A stretch of 64,000 nucleotides of DNA from Bacteroidota bacterium (GCA_036675075.1 JAKFFM010000039.1:13010-77009); one strand, 5' to 3'; positions 1 to 10,487 are shown, counted from the first letter of the stretch. Numbers and translations: made by a program. Notes: generated by a model from the letters alone, not told the origin.

Positions 1-1
1 A

Positions 2-79
2 TCCAAGATCGATTTTACCCGGGATACTGCAGTGGTTAAGGTTTATTATTACGATGATCAGTCAACATGTACACAGTGA
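2..79 (+). CDS. probable 3' end of an upstream gene (truncated by window edge)
   Basis: Frame starting at 2 is open from the edge (SKIDFTRDTAVVKVYYYDDQSTCTQ*) and stops at 79, overlapping the next ATG at 67. Confidence 0.35.
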   Translation, partial: SKIDFTRDTAVVKVYYYDDQSTCTQ

Positions 80-744
80 AGTTGTTTTTAGTTATAATGA
101 TGTTTGGGTTGAGTGTACCGGCGTTTGCCCAGTACTCCGACCTCAATGCCTGGACGAACCTTTATGTTGAAAAGCGTCTGGTTCGCGGATTAAACCTGCA
201 CCTTGAGGCACAGGGCAGGATCAATGAGAATGTCACCAACTTTTATTATTCAAGCCTCGACCTTGGGTTAACCTTCAAGCCCCTGAAGTGGCTTAATGTG
301 TCAGGAGCCTATGTGGTATCGGGCAAGGAGATGAAAGAAGGAGGCGTGAATATGCGTAATCAATATTACGTGAGTGCTCTTTTTAAGTTTAAGAAGGATT
401 GGCTTCGGGTAAATAACCGTGTGATGCTGCAATCAAAAAACAACGATTCTTACCTCGCCGATGAAATGATCCAGTACAGAGACAATTACTTCCGCGATAA
501 GCTTTCGGTAAAGGTGGATCTTACACGAAGACTTACTCCTTACATTGCACAGGAGTTTTATTTCGAGCTGAACGATCCTTCAGGAAATGATATCAGCCGT
601 TCAAGGAGCTTTATTGGGATAGAGTTTCTGATCAACAAACGTTCACAGGTGGAGTTGTATCACATGCTTCAGAAAGAACTGAATCAGAAACGCCCACAGA
701 ATGATTATGTGATCGGTATCGGGTATGAGATCTATCTGAAGTAA
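67..744 (+). CDS. DUF2490-like outer-membrane beta-barrel protein
   Basis: Signal peptide (..AFA/Q), amphipathic beta-strand pattern, C-terminal IGIGYEIYL. Confidence 0.7.
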   Translation: MYTVKLFLVIMMFGLSVPAFAQYSDLNAWTNLYVEKRLVRGLNLHLEAQGRINENVTNFYYSSLDLGLTFKPLKWLNVSGAYVVSGKEMKEGGVNMRNQYYVSALFKFKKDWLRVNNRVMLQSKNNDSYLADEMIQYRDNYFRDKLSVKVDLTRRLTPYIAQEFYFELNDPSGNDISRSRSFIGIEFLINKRSQVELYHMLQKELNQKRPQNDYVIGIGYEIYLK

Positions 745-778
745 CCTTCGTCTTTTTGAAGGCTTTCTTCATCAAGAC

Positions 779-1258
779 TTACTTCTTCTCAATAAGCGCA
801 ACTGCATAAGCACATGCGCCTTCCTCTCTTCCAACAAACCCCATCTTCTCATTGGTTGTGGCCTTGATGGAAATATCATCTATGGTTATATTGCAGATGC
901 GTGCAATGACTTCCTGCATGGCGGGCACATGCTTTCCGATCTTTGGTTTTTCAAGGCAAAGGGATGCGTCGATGTTTCCGACAGTATATCCTTTTTCTCC
1001 GATCAGCCTTATCACTTCTTTTAAAAGCTCCTTGCTGTCTGCTCCTTTAAATTCACTGCTTGTATCAGGGAAATGGTATCCGATATCACGAAGGTTCGCT
1101 GCTCCTAACAACGCGTCACAGATCGCATGAAGCAATACATCAGCATCTGAATGTCCTACAGCTCCTTTGGAATGTTCAAGTTTAATTCCGCCCAGCCAGA
1201 GGTCATAGCCTTCTGAAAGCTGGTGCACATCGTAGCCGAAGCCAACGCGTATTTTCAT
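779..1258 (-). CDS. ispF: 2-C-methyl-D-erythritol 2,4-cyclodiphosphate synthase
   Basis: RVGFGYDVH, GHSDADVLLHAICDALLGA and KATTNEKMGFVGREEG motifs. Confidence 0.97.
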   Translation of the reverse strand: MKIRVGFGYDVHQLSEGYDLWLGGIKLEHSKGAVGHSDADVLLHAICDALLGAANLRDIGYHFPDTSSEFKGADSKELLKEVIRLIGEKGYTVGNIDASLCLEKPKIGKHVPAMQEVIARICNITIDDISIKATTNEKMGFVGREEGACAYAVALIEKK

Positions 1259-1264
1259 AAATAA

Positions 1265-2473
1265 TTATGGGTTCTCTTCACCTGTATTGCCAGACTTGAA
1301 TGATTCAAAGTCAAAGTGCACGGTGAAACGTAAAGTGTTGGCAAGCGGGCTTTGCTGCCTTGTTGCTACAAGATATGAAAGGTCAATACCAAACACATTG
1401 TACTTCAAACCTGCTCCAACGGTGAGGTATTGCCTGTTCCCTTTGTAAGGATCTTCATAGAAATATCCTGCCCTGAATGCAAAAAGTTTGTCATACCAGT
1501 ATTCCATTCCGAATGATACGGTGACTTCAGAAAGCTCCTCGCTGAAGCCTCCCGGTGCATCACTGAATGACTGAAGCATGCCTGCTGCTACAGGTCGGTC
1601 AGGGTTCTTTCCTTTGAGGATCTTCTTTTGTCCATTTTCGATCTTCGGTGCACCGCTGGCGGTTGTATCATACAATGGATTCGTTGGCACAAGCAGCTTG
1701 TTCAGATCAAAGGTGAATGTCAGGTCATTGTACTCATCCAGGTGAGTTGTTAAAGCTGGACCTAAACGCAGGTTGATCGGAATAAAATCTCTTTCAGAGG
1801 TTTCTGTGTAAGATACTTTTCCTCCTATGTTGGAAATGTTGGCTCCAAAAGCAAAAGTTCCTTTTTTCTCACCCATCGAGAAATTGCGTTTCCTATAATA
1901 GGCTGAAATATCGGCAGCTACCGTTTGACCAGGTTTTGAGTTAGCTCCCTGGACATTGATACCCCCTGTAAGGTTTGAATAAATGTAGCGAAGTGCCATC
2001 CCTCCCGACCATTCGTCAGAAAGCTTTCTTGAATAGGCAGCATCAAGCGCAAATTCATTCGGCTTGAAATTGGAAATTGTATTCCCGTTGTTATCTGTGA
2101 AGGTGATATCTCCCAGCGAGAAATACCTCAGAGAGCCCCCAACTGCCTGGTCTTTACCGATCTTTTTATATCCGGCCACATATGCCATGTGAATGTCGTT
2201 CACAAGCTGCCTGAGCCATGGAGTGTAGTTAAGTGAAAATCCAAGGTTCTTGTCTGAAAAAGCAAGCTTGGATGGATTCCAGTGAATGGAGTTCGCATCA
2301 GGACTTGTTGCCACACCTGCATCGCCCATCGCACCACCGCGTGAATCAGGGGCAATGATAAGAAATGGTACAGCTGTCGTGATGGTGTTTATTCTCTTCT
2401 GTGCAAATCCTGCGACAGGAACAAGTGCTCCGGCAACGATCAGCATTAGCAGATATCGTGAAAGTATCCTCAT
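1265..2473 (-). CDS. porV: T9SS outer membrane shuttle protein PorV
   Basis: ITTAVPFLIIAPDSRGGAMGD N-terminus, YTPWL, LANTLRF; directly downstream of porU. Confidence 0.95.
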   Translation of the reverse strand: MRILSRYLLMLIVAGALVPVAGFAQKRINTITTAVPFLIIAPDSRGGAMGDAGVATSPDANSIHWNPSKLAFSDKNLGFSLNYTPWLRQLVNDIHMAYVAGYKKIGKDQAVGGSLRYFSLGDITFTDNNGNTISNFKPNEFALDAAYSRKLSDEWSGGMALRYIYSNLTGGINVQGANSKPGQTVAADISAYYRKRNFSMGEKKGTFAFGANISNIGGKVSYTETSERDFIPINLRLGPALTTHLDEYNDLTFTFDLNKLLVPTNPLYDTTASGAPKIENGQKKILKGKNPDRPVAAGMLQSFSDAPGGFSEELSEVTVSFGMEYWYDKLFAFRAGYFYEDPYKGNRQYLTVGAGLKYNVFGIDLSYLVATRQQSPLANTLRFTVHFDFESFKSGNTGEENP

Positions 2474-2481
2474 AGTTTTTG

Positions 2482-2489
2482 CAAAGATA
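2482..2489 (-). promoter_or_regulatory. Bacteroidota -7 promoter element (TATCTTTG) for porV
   Basis: Exact TAnnTTTG match 8 nt upstream of the porV ATG. Confidence 0.6.
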
Positions 2490-2503
2490 TTTATTTCAGT
2501 TCC

Positions 2504-5500
2504 TTAATTAAGAATCACAAGCTTTTCATAATGATCTGCCACACTACCGTTTGATGCAATCACTTTGATCCTGTAAACGTAAACTCCTCTACCAATTTTA
2601 TCGCCAAAGTCATCAAGCCCATCCCAGTCAATTGGTTCTGTACGGTATCCCTCCGTCTTTACTCTTTTATCAATCGTTTTTACAAGCTTTCCTGATACAG
2701 TAAAAATCTGAATCTGAACATCCATTCCAAGACATGCCTGGTTGTGTTCAAAGAAGAATGAGGTATGTGTCGTGAATGGATTCGGATAGTTCAACACATG
2801 CTTTAATGCCAACTCCGCAGATGGTGATACAACAAAATCAATCACTCGTTCAGATGAATTGTTGTTGATGTCCCAGACTTTCAGCGTAAGGTTATGCGGA
2901 CCTTCAGTAAGCTTCTTGTAAGGATACCTGATCACACCACTCTGGAAGCTGTTTAGGTCTGCTTCATAATAATCATTCAGGACTACCGAATGCTCTGTGT
3001 TTTTATCAAGGATCGCTACGATATCATGACCGATGCCTGTACCCACTGTGTTAATGCCGCTGCTGTCGAAAACTGTTGCAAACAGGGATGGATTTTCGTT
3101 GGTCATTCCTCCGGAAATGAAGTTCTTGTCGTTCATGAACAGCTTCACTTCTGGTCCGAGGTTATCATTAAGGCCGTTTGGATTCGATCCTCCGATAATG
3201 AACTGATCAAAGGCCGCTGCACCATCACCCGATTCATTCATAAAGTAATAGCTGATCCTGCCTTTTCCAAAGTTGTATGAAATGTCTTTCGGAACCATAA
3301 AGCTGAATGTAAAGTCTCCATTCGTGATGCTCGCTTTTCCTTTATATATGGTATTCTTCTGAAGTGAGAAGTTTCTCGGACTGCTGTCACCATCATTGCC
3401 TAGGGTGCGGATAGTTGCTGGCTTATCAAAGATGGTTGGTACGATGATGCCGTTATAGCCTGAAAGCTTGTTTCCTGCCTTGTCTGTAACATATCCATTG
3501 ATCGTTACTTTGGTGAGTGCTCTTACAGTATCAATTGTCACCTGCGGATCTTTCGAATTCACCAGGGTTGTTTTGGCCCTATTTTCAGGATATGCAAGTC
3601 TGATCGCCGGATCACCAAGAAGCGTAAAGTTTCTGTGATTCACACCACCGCCTGTTGAAGCGGCATTCTTGGTCTTCCTGCATACATCTCCGATCCGTGG
3701 CATTTCGCCGCCGATAGGTTCAAATACATTCTGGTAGAAATGCAGGTTAAGTACCCAGTTAGGTCCTGAGAAAACAAGGCGGGTTGTCGATAGTAATGAG
3801 ATGCCCCCACCGGTTGGATTGAGCAGTACATACTCACCCGCGGATATTCGTGCCGGGTCATCGAACCTGCTGAATTCACAGGTTGCGGTTACAAACAGCG
3901 GAAGCCTTGGTGAATTCGCCCATCCGTTAATGTCAGCGATCTCAAGAACCCGTTCATGAGAAAGTCCGAGCTCGCCGCCATGCCCTGTATAGTTTACCAT
4001 CAATGCGCCTTTTTCGACACGATGGTTGAAGGCATCACGTGCATCCGGATAACGCTGGCCTCCCGGAACGGTCTGCTGCTGGTAAGAGTCGAAATAGATC
4101 TTGTCGATATTGTATATGCCCGCTTCCGGATTATTCTTTACAGTATCGGCAAGTGATTCCGCATCCCTCAAATGCTGATTCTGGTCCTGGTCATCTGCAA
4201 TGAATGCAACATAGGTTCTCCAGTCTCCATAGTTGTTATTGGTTGCCACCGTGTTGCAGCATGATTGAGCCAGTGTGGACGGATCCATCGGCTTGGTGTA
4301 TGCATCAATCTTATCAACGATTCCTCTGGCCTGAATAATGTCCTGCACAGGGAAACGACCAATTCCAAGATCAACCAGGTCGCGGACATCTTCGCCTTCA
4401 TTGTCATCAAGTAATCCCAGGTAATCATCGCTTACATAGGATACCACGGGGTTTGTTGAATTAAAAGACTCGTAGGTCGGAACGAAATTCGAATTACCTG
4501 AAACTGATTTATAAGCGTAGGATCCATCTCCAAATAAAAGGAGATAGGATGGAAGAGAATCCTGGTTGGTGCCTGCCCTGTCATAAAACATCTTCATGAA
4601 ATCCTTGATAGATGTAAGTTCTGGCGCGCCTCCTCCAAATTCATTGTAGATCTGATTTACAGGAACAACCACTGTTTTAAGTCCGCTTCGTGTCCTGTGG
4701 ATATTCGCAAGCCTGTTTGCCTGCGTCAGAAATTTTTCATGGGATACGATCACATACTCGTATTGTGAAAGCCCGTGGAGGTTTTGGTTCTGGATCTTTC
4801 CTTTTTTTACTGGTGAAGGAAATGTGTTGTTATTAAACGCAGCGAACTCGCGAAGGCTGTCTGTCTGAACTCTGAAAACGATGGAGTTCCCGTTCGTTGC
4901 AGTGCCCTGAATGGTGATGTCGTACGGATCTGTTACATCCCAGATGGTATAGCCAGCAGATGCATCTGTTAAAGTAAATTCTGCAACCTGGTTTAATCCT
5001 TTGGATTTAATATCTCTGAAGAACAGCTGATTTCCGGCAGGCTTGAGAAATCTTCTTGCATTGATCTCCATAAAATCGAGGTACGCAGATGAACCTGAAT
5101 TCCCCTTTGTAAATGTCATGTTCAAAGAGAACTGCGATGATGATGGAGTAAAGCAAAAGTTGTTTGTTCCAGGAAGGGTATAGTCACAATAATAGCAGTC
5201 ATAAATGTTCTGATTCAGCACAGGAACATTAAAAACATTCGATCCACCCGGATGTTCGATCGTGAATTTGCTGGAGGAGCTAGTCGTACGAACCATATAG
5301 GTTGTGGTGACACATGCCTGGGAAGATGGATCGATATTCGGAAAGCTGAATGGAATGGAGTGGGTGAGTGTCAGGTCAAATGATTCACCATACCAGTTCC
5401 TTCCTGATTTCACAAGGTTGACACTTTCCTGTTCATGTGCCTGAAAATCATCGAAGGTGTTTACGAAATGTGTAGCCGGTTGTGTTGTGGAGCTTCTTGT

Positions 5501-6409
5501 TTTAACTCTTTGAGCGGGTCCGAGCCCACCATCAGTTGTAATAAAATAAAATGTTGTGTCGGTAAAAAGGTTCAGTGTGTGCCGGAATCGCTGGTCATTA
5601 TAGTCATATTCCCATTTATGCGGGCTTTGTCCATAAAAGAGAACATAATCTGTTGAGTCGAATCTTCCATCGGATTCACCGGAAACCCAGATCGGATTCT
5701 CTTTCAGATCATCAGGACGGTATTCGGCATTCACATAAGGGAGCATGGCACCACCGTTACCATATACCCTGATATTTCGTGGATTAACAGTTTTGACGTC
5801 GATCCCGATGCTGTCCAGGAAGCCATAGCTCAGCCTGTAGATCCCTTCAGAAGTAACCCCTACCTTATACCAGGTGCCTGTGGATAATACAGAAAAAGAT
5901 GCATAGCTTCTGGCTGCAGCTGCTGATGTACGTGATGTTCCGGGAGTAAAGACATAGGAAAAGGATACCAGCTTTTCAATGGTTCCTGATGACGTTCTTC
6001 TGAGTGGAATAAATGAAAAGGATGTGGTTGATTGTTTTCTGGCAGTTTTTATATGAACGGCTGGTTGAAAGTCTGAAGGGATTTTATCCAGGTACTTGAT
6101 TGAAGTAAGTTGTGCTGCCGGGATCTCTTCGGTAACAACCGAGGTTAATTTAACGGATCCTGATTGTGCCGTGGTGTTGAGTTCGGCTGTATATACCGGT
6201 AAAAAATATTCATTATACGAGGCACCATCCAGGGCAAGATAATCCAGCTTAATACCTTCAGAAATGACACTTGACTGATTGGGAAGCCATGCAAGTGTTA
6301 GTTCTTTCACAGGCTTTGAAGGCAAAACACGCCTTTGAGCATAGAGAAAACCAGAAAAAGTAATGAAGAGTACTGAAAGGAATATTAAGGTGCGGTTTGT
6401 GCAACGCAT
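2504..6409 (-). CDS. porU: T9SS sortase PorU (C25 peptidase)
   Basis: SVLSTGTWYK, RVYGNGG, catalytic YTGHGGE and TATCEF motifs, C-terminal NYPNPF T9SS sorting domain. Confidence 0.95.
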   Translation of the reverse strand: MRCTNRTLIFLSVLFITFSGFLYAQRRVLPSKPVKELTLAWLPNQSSVISEGIKLDYLALDGASYNEYFLPVYTAELNTTAQSGSVKLTSVVTEEIPAAQLTSIKYLDKIPSDFQPAVHIKTARKQSTTSFSFIPLRRTSSGTIEKLVSFSYVFTPGTSRTSAAAARSYASFSVLSTGTWYKVGVTSEGIYRLSYGFLDSIGIDVKTVNPRNIRVYGNGGAMLPYVNAEYRPDDLKENPIWVSGESDGRFDSTDYVLFYGQSPHKWEYDYNDQRFRHTLNLFTDTTFYFITTDGGLGPAQRVKTRSSTTQPATHFVNTFDDFQAHEQESVNLVKSGRNWYGESFDLTLTHSIPFSFPNIDPSSQACVTTTYMVRTTSSSSKFTIEHPGGSNVFNVPVLNQNIYDCYYCDYTLPGTNNFCFTPSSSQFSLNMTFTKGNSGSSAYLDFMEINARRFLKPAGNQLFFRDIKSKGLNQVAEFTLTDASAGYTIWDVTDPYDITIQGTATNGNSIVFRVQTDSLREFAAFNNNTFPSPVKKGKIQNQNLHGLSQYEYVIVSHEKFLTQANRLANIHRTRSGLKTVVVPVNQIYNEFGGGAPELTSIKDFMKMFYDRAGTNQDSLPSYLLLFGDGSYAYKSVSGNSNFVPTYESFNSTNPVVSYVSDDYLGLLDDNEGEDVRDLVDLGIGRFPVQDIIQARGIVDKIDAYTKPMDPSTLAQSCCNTVATNNNYGDWRTYVAFIADDQDQNQHLRDAESLADTVKNNPEAGIYNIDKIYFDSYQQQTVPGGQRYPDARDAFNHRVEKGALMVNYTGHGGELGLSHERVLEIADINGWANSPRLPLFVTATCEFSRFDDPARISAGEYVLLNPTGGGISLLSTTRLVFSGPNWVLNLHFYQNVFEPIGGEMPRIGDVCRKTKNAASTGGGVNHRNFTLLGDPAIRLAYPENRAKTTLVNSKDPQVTIDTVRALTKVTINGYVTDKAGNKLSGYNGIIVPTIFDKPATIRTLGNDGDSSPRNFSLQKNTIYKGKASITNGDFTFSFMVPKDISYNFGKGRISYYFMNESGDGAAAFDQFIIGGSNPNGLNDNLGPEVKLFMNDKNFISGGMTNENPSLFATVFDSSGINTVGTGIGHDIVAILDKNTEHSVVLNDYYEADLNSFQSGVIRYPYKKLTEGPHNLTLKVWDINNNSSERVIDFVVSPSAELALKHVLNYPNPFTTHTSFFFEHNQACLGMDVQIQIFTVSGKLVKTIDKRVKTEGYRTEPIDWDGLDDFGDKIGRGVYVYRIKVIASNGSVADHYEKLVILN

Positions 6410-6581
6410 ATATTTCTTATATGAAACTATAAAAGGTCTTTACCGTTAAACGAGCAAAAACCTGATGAAAACGAGGTCAATTTACAAATATTGTATGGAA
6501 CCTCATTTTATTTGGCTTACAGTGACATGCTATGTATTTAAGAAATAATATCGTATAATTGTCTCTCTTAAACTGAAATCA

Positions 6582-7550
6582 ATGTTGAGGAAACTACTGC
6601 TGATATTCTTTGCAGGTATGGTTGTGTCTTCCACAGCTTACGCTCAGGATCCTGAGTTTACGCAGTTTTATGCGAATCCTCTATACCTGAATCCTGCATT
6701 TGCCGGTTCGGCTCGTTGTCCGAGGATCATTCTGAATTACAGGAATCAGTGGCCAGGTATCGGTCAGTTCGTAACGATGAATGCATCTTATGACCAGCAT
6801 ATTGATGGAATGTCAGGAGGTTTAGGTTTACTCGTGAACCGCGATGATGCAGGTGATGCCACGTATGTGACTTCTTCTTACAGCGCGATGTACGCTTACC
6901 AGCTATCTCTTTCCCGGAATTTCTCGATTCGTTTCGGTGCCCAGGCATCCATGAGACAAAAGACTCTTGACTGGACAAAGCTGAATTTCGGTGATCAGAT
7001 CGACAGGAGAAATGGATTTATCTATCCGACAAATGAAGTGCTGCAGGGTGTTCAGACGGTAACTTATCCTGACTTTTCCGCAGGTATCCTGGCTTACAGC
7101 AAGAGATACTTTGGTGGTGCGGCAGTCCATCATATTGCTGAACCAGATGAACAGTTTACCGGCACATCAAAAGTTGCTTCAGGTCTTCCAAGAAAATATA
7201 CAGCACACTTCGGTGCAGTAATTCCTTTGGCTGGAAATAACGGCGATGATGCCAGCATCTCTCCAAATATACTTTTCCAGAAGCAGCAGGATTTCCAGCA
7301 GCTGAATCTTGGAGTTTACCTGAACAAAGGACCGCTTGTTGGCGGACTCTGGTACAGGAATGTTGACTCATTTATTTTACTTTTAGGCTTCCAGCAGAAA
7401 ACCTTTAAGTTCGGTTACTCGTATGACGTAACTATTTCCAAGCTGACAAACAATGCAACAACAGGTTCACATGAAGTTTCTTTCGCGCTGCAATTTGATT
7501 GCAAGCCGAAAAAGAAAAAATTCAGGACAATAAGTTGCCCATCCTTCTAG
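6582..7550 (+). CDS. PorP/SprF family T9SS membrane protein
   Basis: AQDPEFTQFYANPLYLNPAFAG, YRNQW, GYSYD, GSHEVS motifs. Confidence 0.92.
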   Translation: MLRKLLLIFFAGMVVSSTAYAQDPEFTQFYANPLYLNPAFAGSARCPRIILNYRNQWPGIGQFVTMNASYDQHIDGMSGGLGLLVNRDDAGDATYVTSSYSAMYAYQLSLSRNFSIRFGAQASMRQKTLDWTKLNFGDQIDRRNGFIYPTNEVLQGVQTVTYPDFSAGILAYSKRYFGGAAVHHIAEPDEQFTGTSKVASGLPRKYTAHFGAVIPLAGNNGDDASISPNILFQKQQDFQQLNLGVYLNKGPLVGGLWYRNVDSFILLLGFQQKTFKFGYSYDVTISKLTNNATTGSHEVSFALQFDCKPKKKKFRTISCPSF

Positions 7551-7585
7551 TTATTGCAAATACCCATTTTATATAATTATCTGAA

Positions 7586-9061
7586 ATGAACAGATCGGTT
7601 CTAAAGTTAATGTTCGCAGCAGGCCTTGCAGTTATGGCATCCTGCCAGTCAGAAACTTCTTCCGTTACCGGTTGGGAATACAACAATCCTGACAACGGCG
7701 GTTTTCAGAAGATCGATTACCTTGAGCAGGAAACCGGCCCGGGACTCGTCCTTATTGAGGGTGGTACATTTACCATGGGACGTGTTGAACAGGATGTCCT
7801 TTATGATTGGAACAACATCCCGAGAAGGGTCACTGTATCTTCATTCTATATGGATGAAACAGAGGTTACCAACCTGAACTACCTTGAATATCTATACTGG
7901 CTGCGTAACGTGTATGCAGCGGATTATCCTGAGGTATTCAAGAAAGCGCTTCCTGATACACTTGTATGGAGAGAAAAGCTTGCTTACAACGAGCCATTTG
8001 TTGAATACTATCTGAGACATCCGGCCTACCAGGATTATCCTGTGGTTGGAGTGAACTGGCTTCAGGCAAATGATTTCTGTGCATGGAGAACGGATCGCGT
8101 GAACGAATTCATCCTTGTTCGTGAAGGCCTTCTTGAATTCGACCCTACAAACTGGGTTAATGAAAATACTTTCAGCACGGATGCTTACCTGGCCGGACAA
8201 TATGAAGGTCTTGTAAGACAAAATATTCCTGACATCAACCCCAAAAGTGGTGGTGAGAGAAAGGTTAGAATGGAAGACGGTATCCTGCTTCCACGTTACC
8301 GACTCCCGACCGAAGCTGAATGGGAATTCGCTGCATACTCGCTTATTGGTAACTCTGTAGGTAATGGTGGCGAAATGATCGTTGAAAGAAAATTATTCCC
8401 ATGGAATGGTCACTATGTACGTAATGCTGATGAGAAGTATATCGGTCAGATGATGGCTAACTTCAAGCGTGGCCGTGGTGATAACATGGGTGTTGCCGGT
8501 GCGCTTAATGATAATGCGGATATCACAGCTCCTGTTTACTCTTACTGGCCTAATGACTACGGTCTTTACAACATGGCTGGAAACGTGAGCGAGTGGGTGA
8601 TGGATACTTATCGTCCGCTATCTCCGGAAGATAAATCAGACTTCCGTCCTTTCCGTGGTAACGTATTCAAAACACAGGAACGTGACGCTGATGGTAACAT
8701 CGCTGAAAAAGATTCTCTCGGCCAGATCAAATGGAGAAATGTCGAACTTGATAAAGACAACCTGGCTGAAAGAAGAAACTACCGTAAGGCAGATAACATC
8801 AACCACCTGGATGGAGATTTCGAAAGCTCTGTTTATTACAACCAGGAAGATAAAAGAGAAACTCCTGACAAGCTGATGTATGACTTTGGATTCACTTCAA
8901 TGATCAATGATAATGCGAAGGTTTACAAAGGCGGTTCCTGGAAAGACAGGGTTTACTATATGAACCCCGGAACACGCAGATTCCTCGATCAGAAGCAGTC
9001 TTCTGCCTGGTTAGGATTCCGTTGTGCCATGACAAGAGTCGGCAGCCCTAAAGGATTCTGA
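7586..9061 (+). CDS. gldJ: gliding motility lipoprotein GldJ
   Basis: Lipobox (MASC), QETGPGLVLIEGGTFTMG..DWNN, RLPTEAEWEFAA, GFRCAM (FGE-sulfatase fold); position between porU locus and murF. Confidence 0.9.
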   Translation: MNRSVLKLMFAAGLAVMASCQSETSSVTGWEYNNPDNGGFQKIDYLEQETGPGLVLIEGGTFTMGRVEQDVLYDWNNIPRRVTVSSFYMDETEVTNLNYLEYLYWLRNVYAADYPEVFKKALPDTLVWREKLAYNEPFVEYYLRHPAYQDYPVVGVNWLQANDFCAWRTDRVNEFILVREGLLEFDPTNWVNENTFSTDAYLAGQYEGLVRQNIPDINPKSGGERKVRMEDGILLPRYRLPTEAEWEFAAYSLIGNSVGNGGEMIVERKLFPWNGHYVRNADEKYIGQMMANFKRGRGDNMGVAGALNDNADITAPVYSYWPNDYGLYNMAGNVSEWVMDTYRPLSPEDKSDFRPFRGNVFKTQERDADGNIAEKDSLGQIKWRNVELDKDNLAERRNYRKADNINHLDGDFESSVYYNQEDKRETPDKLMYDFGFTSMINDNAKVYKGGSWKDRVYYMNPGTRRFLDQKQSSAWLGFRCAMTRVGSPKGF

Positions 9062-9079
9062 TTAGAAATCAATAACTTT

Positions 9080-9111
9080 AAAACCCCCGGTAAAACATCG
9101 GGGGTTTTTTT
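9080..9111 (+). terminator. intrinsic terminator after gldJ
   Basis: AAAACCCCCG...CGGGGGTTTT stem followed by T run. Confidence 0.8.
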
Positions 9112-10410
9112 ATGCATATGAATATCCAGGAACTGTATTCAATTTACTTACGACATTCTAAGGTCAGCACGGACACCAGGCAGATCGAAAAGGATTCGAT
9201 TTTCTTTGCCCTTAAAGGCACTTCTTTTAATGGAAATGAATTCGCTGCAGCAGCACTTGAAAAAGGCGCATCCTATGTTGTAGTTGATGATCCTGCACTC
9301 AGGGATAAAGGACCTTCATTTATTTATGTAGATGATGTCCTTGTTACACTTCAGCAGCTGGCGAACCATCACAGGAAACAGCTTGCAATACCTGTTCTTG
9401 CCATTACCGGAACCAACGGTAAAACAACTACCAAAGAGCTCGTGAGTGCCGTGCTTGCAAAAAAATTTCAGGTGCTCTATACACTTGGAAACCTGAATAA
9501 CCATATCGGTGTGCCACTTACCTTATTAAGGCTGTCATCACAACATGAACTTGCGGTGATCGAAATGGGAGCCAATCACCTCGGTGATATCGAACTCTTA
9601 TGCAACATCGCGGAGCCAGACTATGGTATCATTACGAACATTGGTAGAGCACACCTGGAAGGATTTGGAAGTCCACAGGGAATCATAAAAACGAAAAGTG
9701 AGCTCTACAGGTTTATCAAAGCGAAAGGAAAGCTACTGTTCGTCAATGGGGATAATGATCTGCTTACAACACTCTCGCAAGACATTGAATCTGTTAAATA
9801 TGGAAACGATCCATCCAGCTTTGTATCAGGAAAGCTCCTGGGAGCAGATCCATTTGTGAAGATAGGGTGGAAGCGAAATGAAACAGCGGAGCATGTTGTA
9901 ACCACACAGCTGATTGGAGGATACAATTTTGAGAATATCCTGGCAGCATGTACGATCGGCGCATATTTCAAGGTGCCGGATGAACTGATCAATGAAGCAT
10001 TGCAGGATTACACGCCATCCAATAACAGGTCACAGGTAATCCGTAAAGTAAAGAATACTCTGATCATGGATGCTTACAATGCAAATCCAACAAGTATGGA
10101 TGCAGCAGTGAAGAGCTTCGCTGCTATGGAACATGCGAATAAATGGCTGGTGCTGGGTGATATGCTGGAGCTTGGAGCAGACAGTCTGAAAGAACATCAG
10201 CAGCTTGTAGAAACGTTACATTCTAAGAATCTTTTGAATGTTGTACTCATAGGACCTGAATTTTCCAAAACAAACCATGAAGGTTTTAAAACATTCCTGG
10301 ATACGAATCAGGCAAAGAGGTTCCTCGAAGAGAAGCAGATCAGTGACGGACTGGTTCTGTTAAAGGGCTCACGTGGCATGAAGCTCGAAACACTGGCAGA
10401 TCTTTTCTGA
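9112..10410 (+). CDS. murF: UDP-N-acetylmuramoyl-tripeptide--D-Ala-D-Ala ligase
   Basis: ITGTNGKTTTKE, GNLNNHIGVPLT, DAYNANP, LGDMLELG, KGSRG; start may be 9118. Confidence 0.97.
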   Translation: MHMNIQELYSIYLRHSKVSTDTRQIEKDSIFFALKGTSFNGNEFAAAALEKGASYVVVDDPALRDKGPSFIYVDDVLVTLQQLANHHRKQLAIPVLAITGTNGKTTTKELVSAVLAKKFQVLYTLGNLNNHIGVPLTLLRLSSQHELAVIEMGANHLGDIELLCNIAEPDYGIITNIGRAHLEGFGSPQGIIKTKSELYRFIKAKGKLLFVNGDNDLLTTLSQDIESVKYGNDPSSFVSGKLLGADPFVKIGWKRNETAEHVVTTQLIGGYNFENILAACTIGAYFKVPDELINEALQDYTPSNNRSQVIRKVKNTLIMDAYNANPTSMDAAVKSFAAMEHANKWLVLGDMLELGADSLKEHQQLVETLHSKNLLNVVLIGPEFSKTNHEGFKTFLDTNQAKRFLEEKQISDGLVLLKGSRGMKLETLADLF

Positions 10411-10415
10411 AATTT

Positions 10416-10482
10416 TTCAATAGCATAAATAAACAAGGGCTTCCCTTTTGAATGAAAGCCCTTGTTTATTTATGCTATTGAA
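10416..10482. terminator. 27-bp perfect inverted repeat between convergent genes, probable bidirectional terminator
   Basis: TTCAATAGCATAAATAAACAAGGGCTT (10416-10442), 13-nt loop, exact reverse complement at 10456-10482. Confidence 0.7.
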
Positions 10483-10487
10483 TGATC

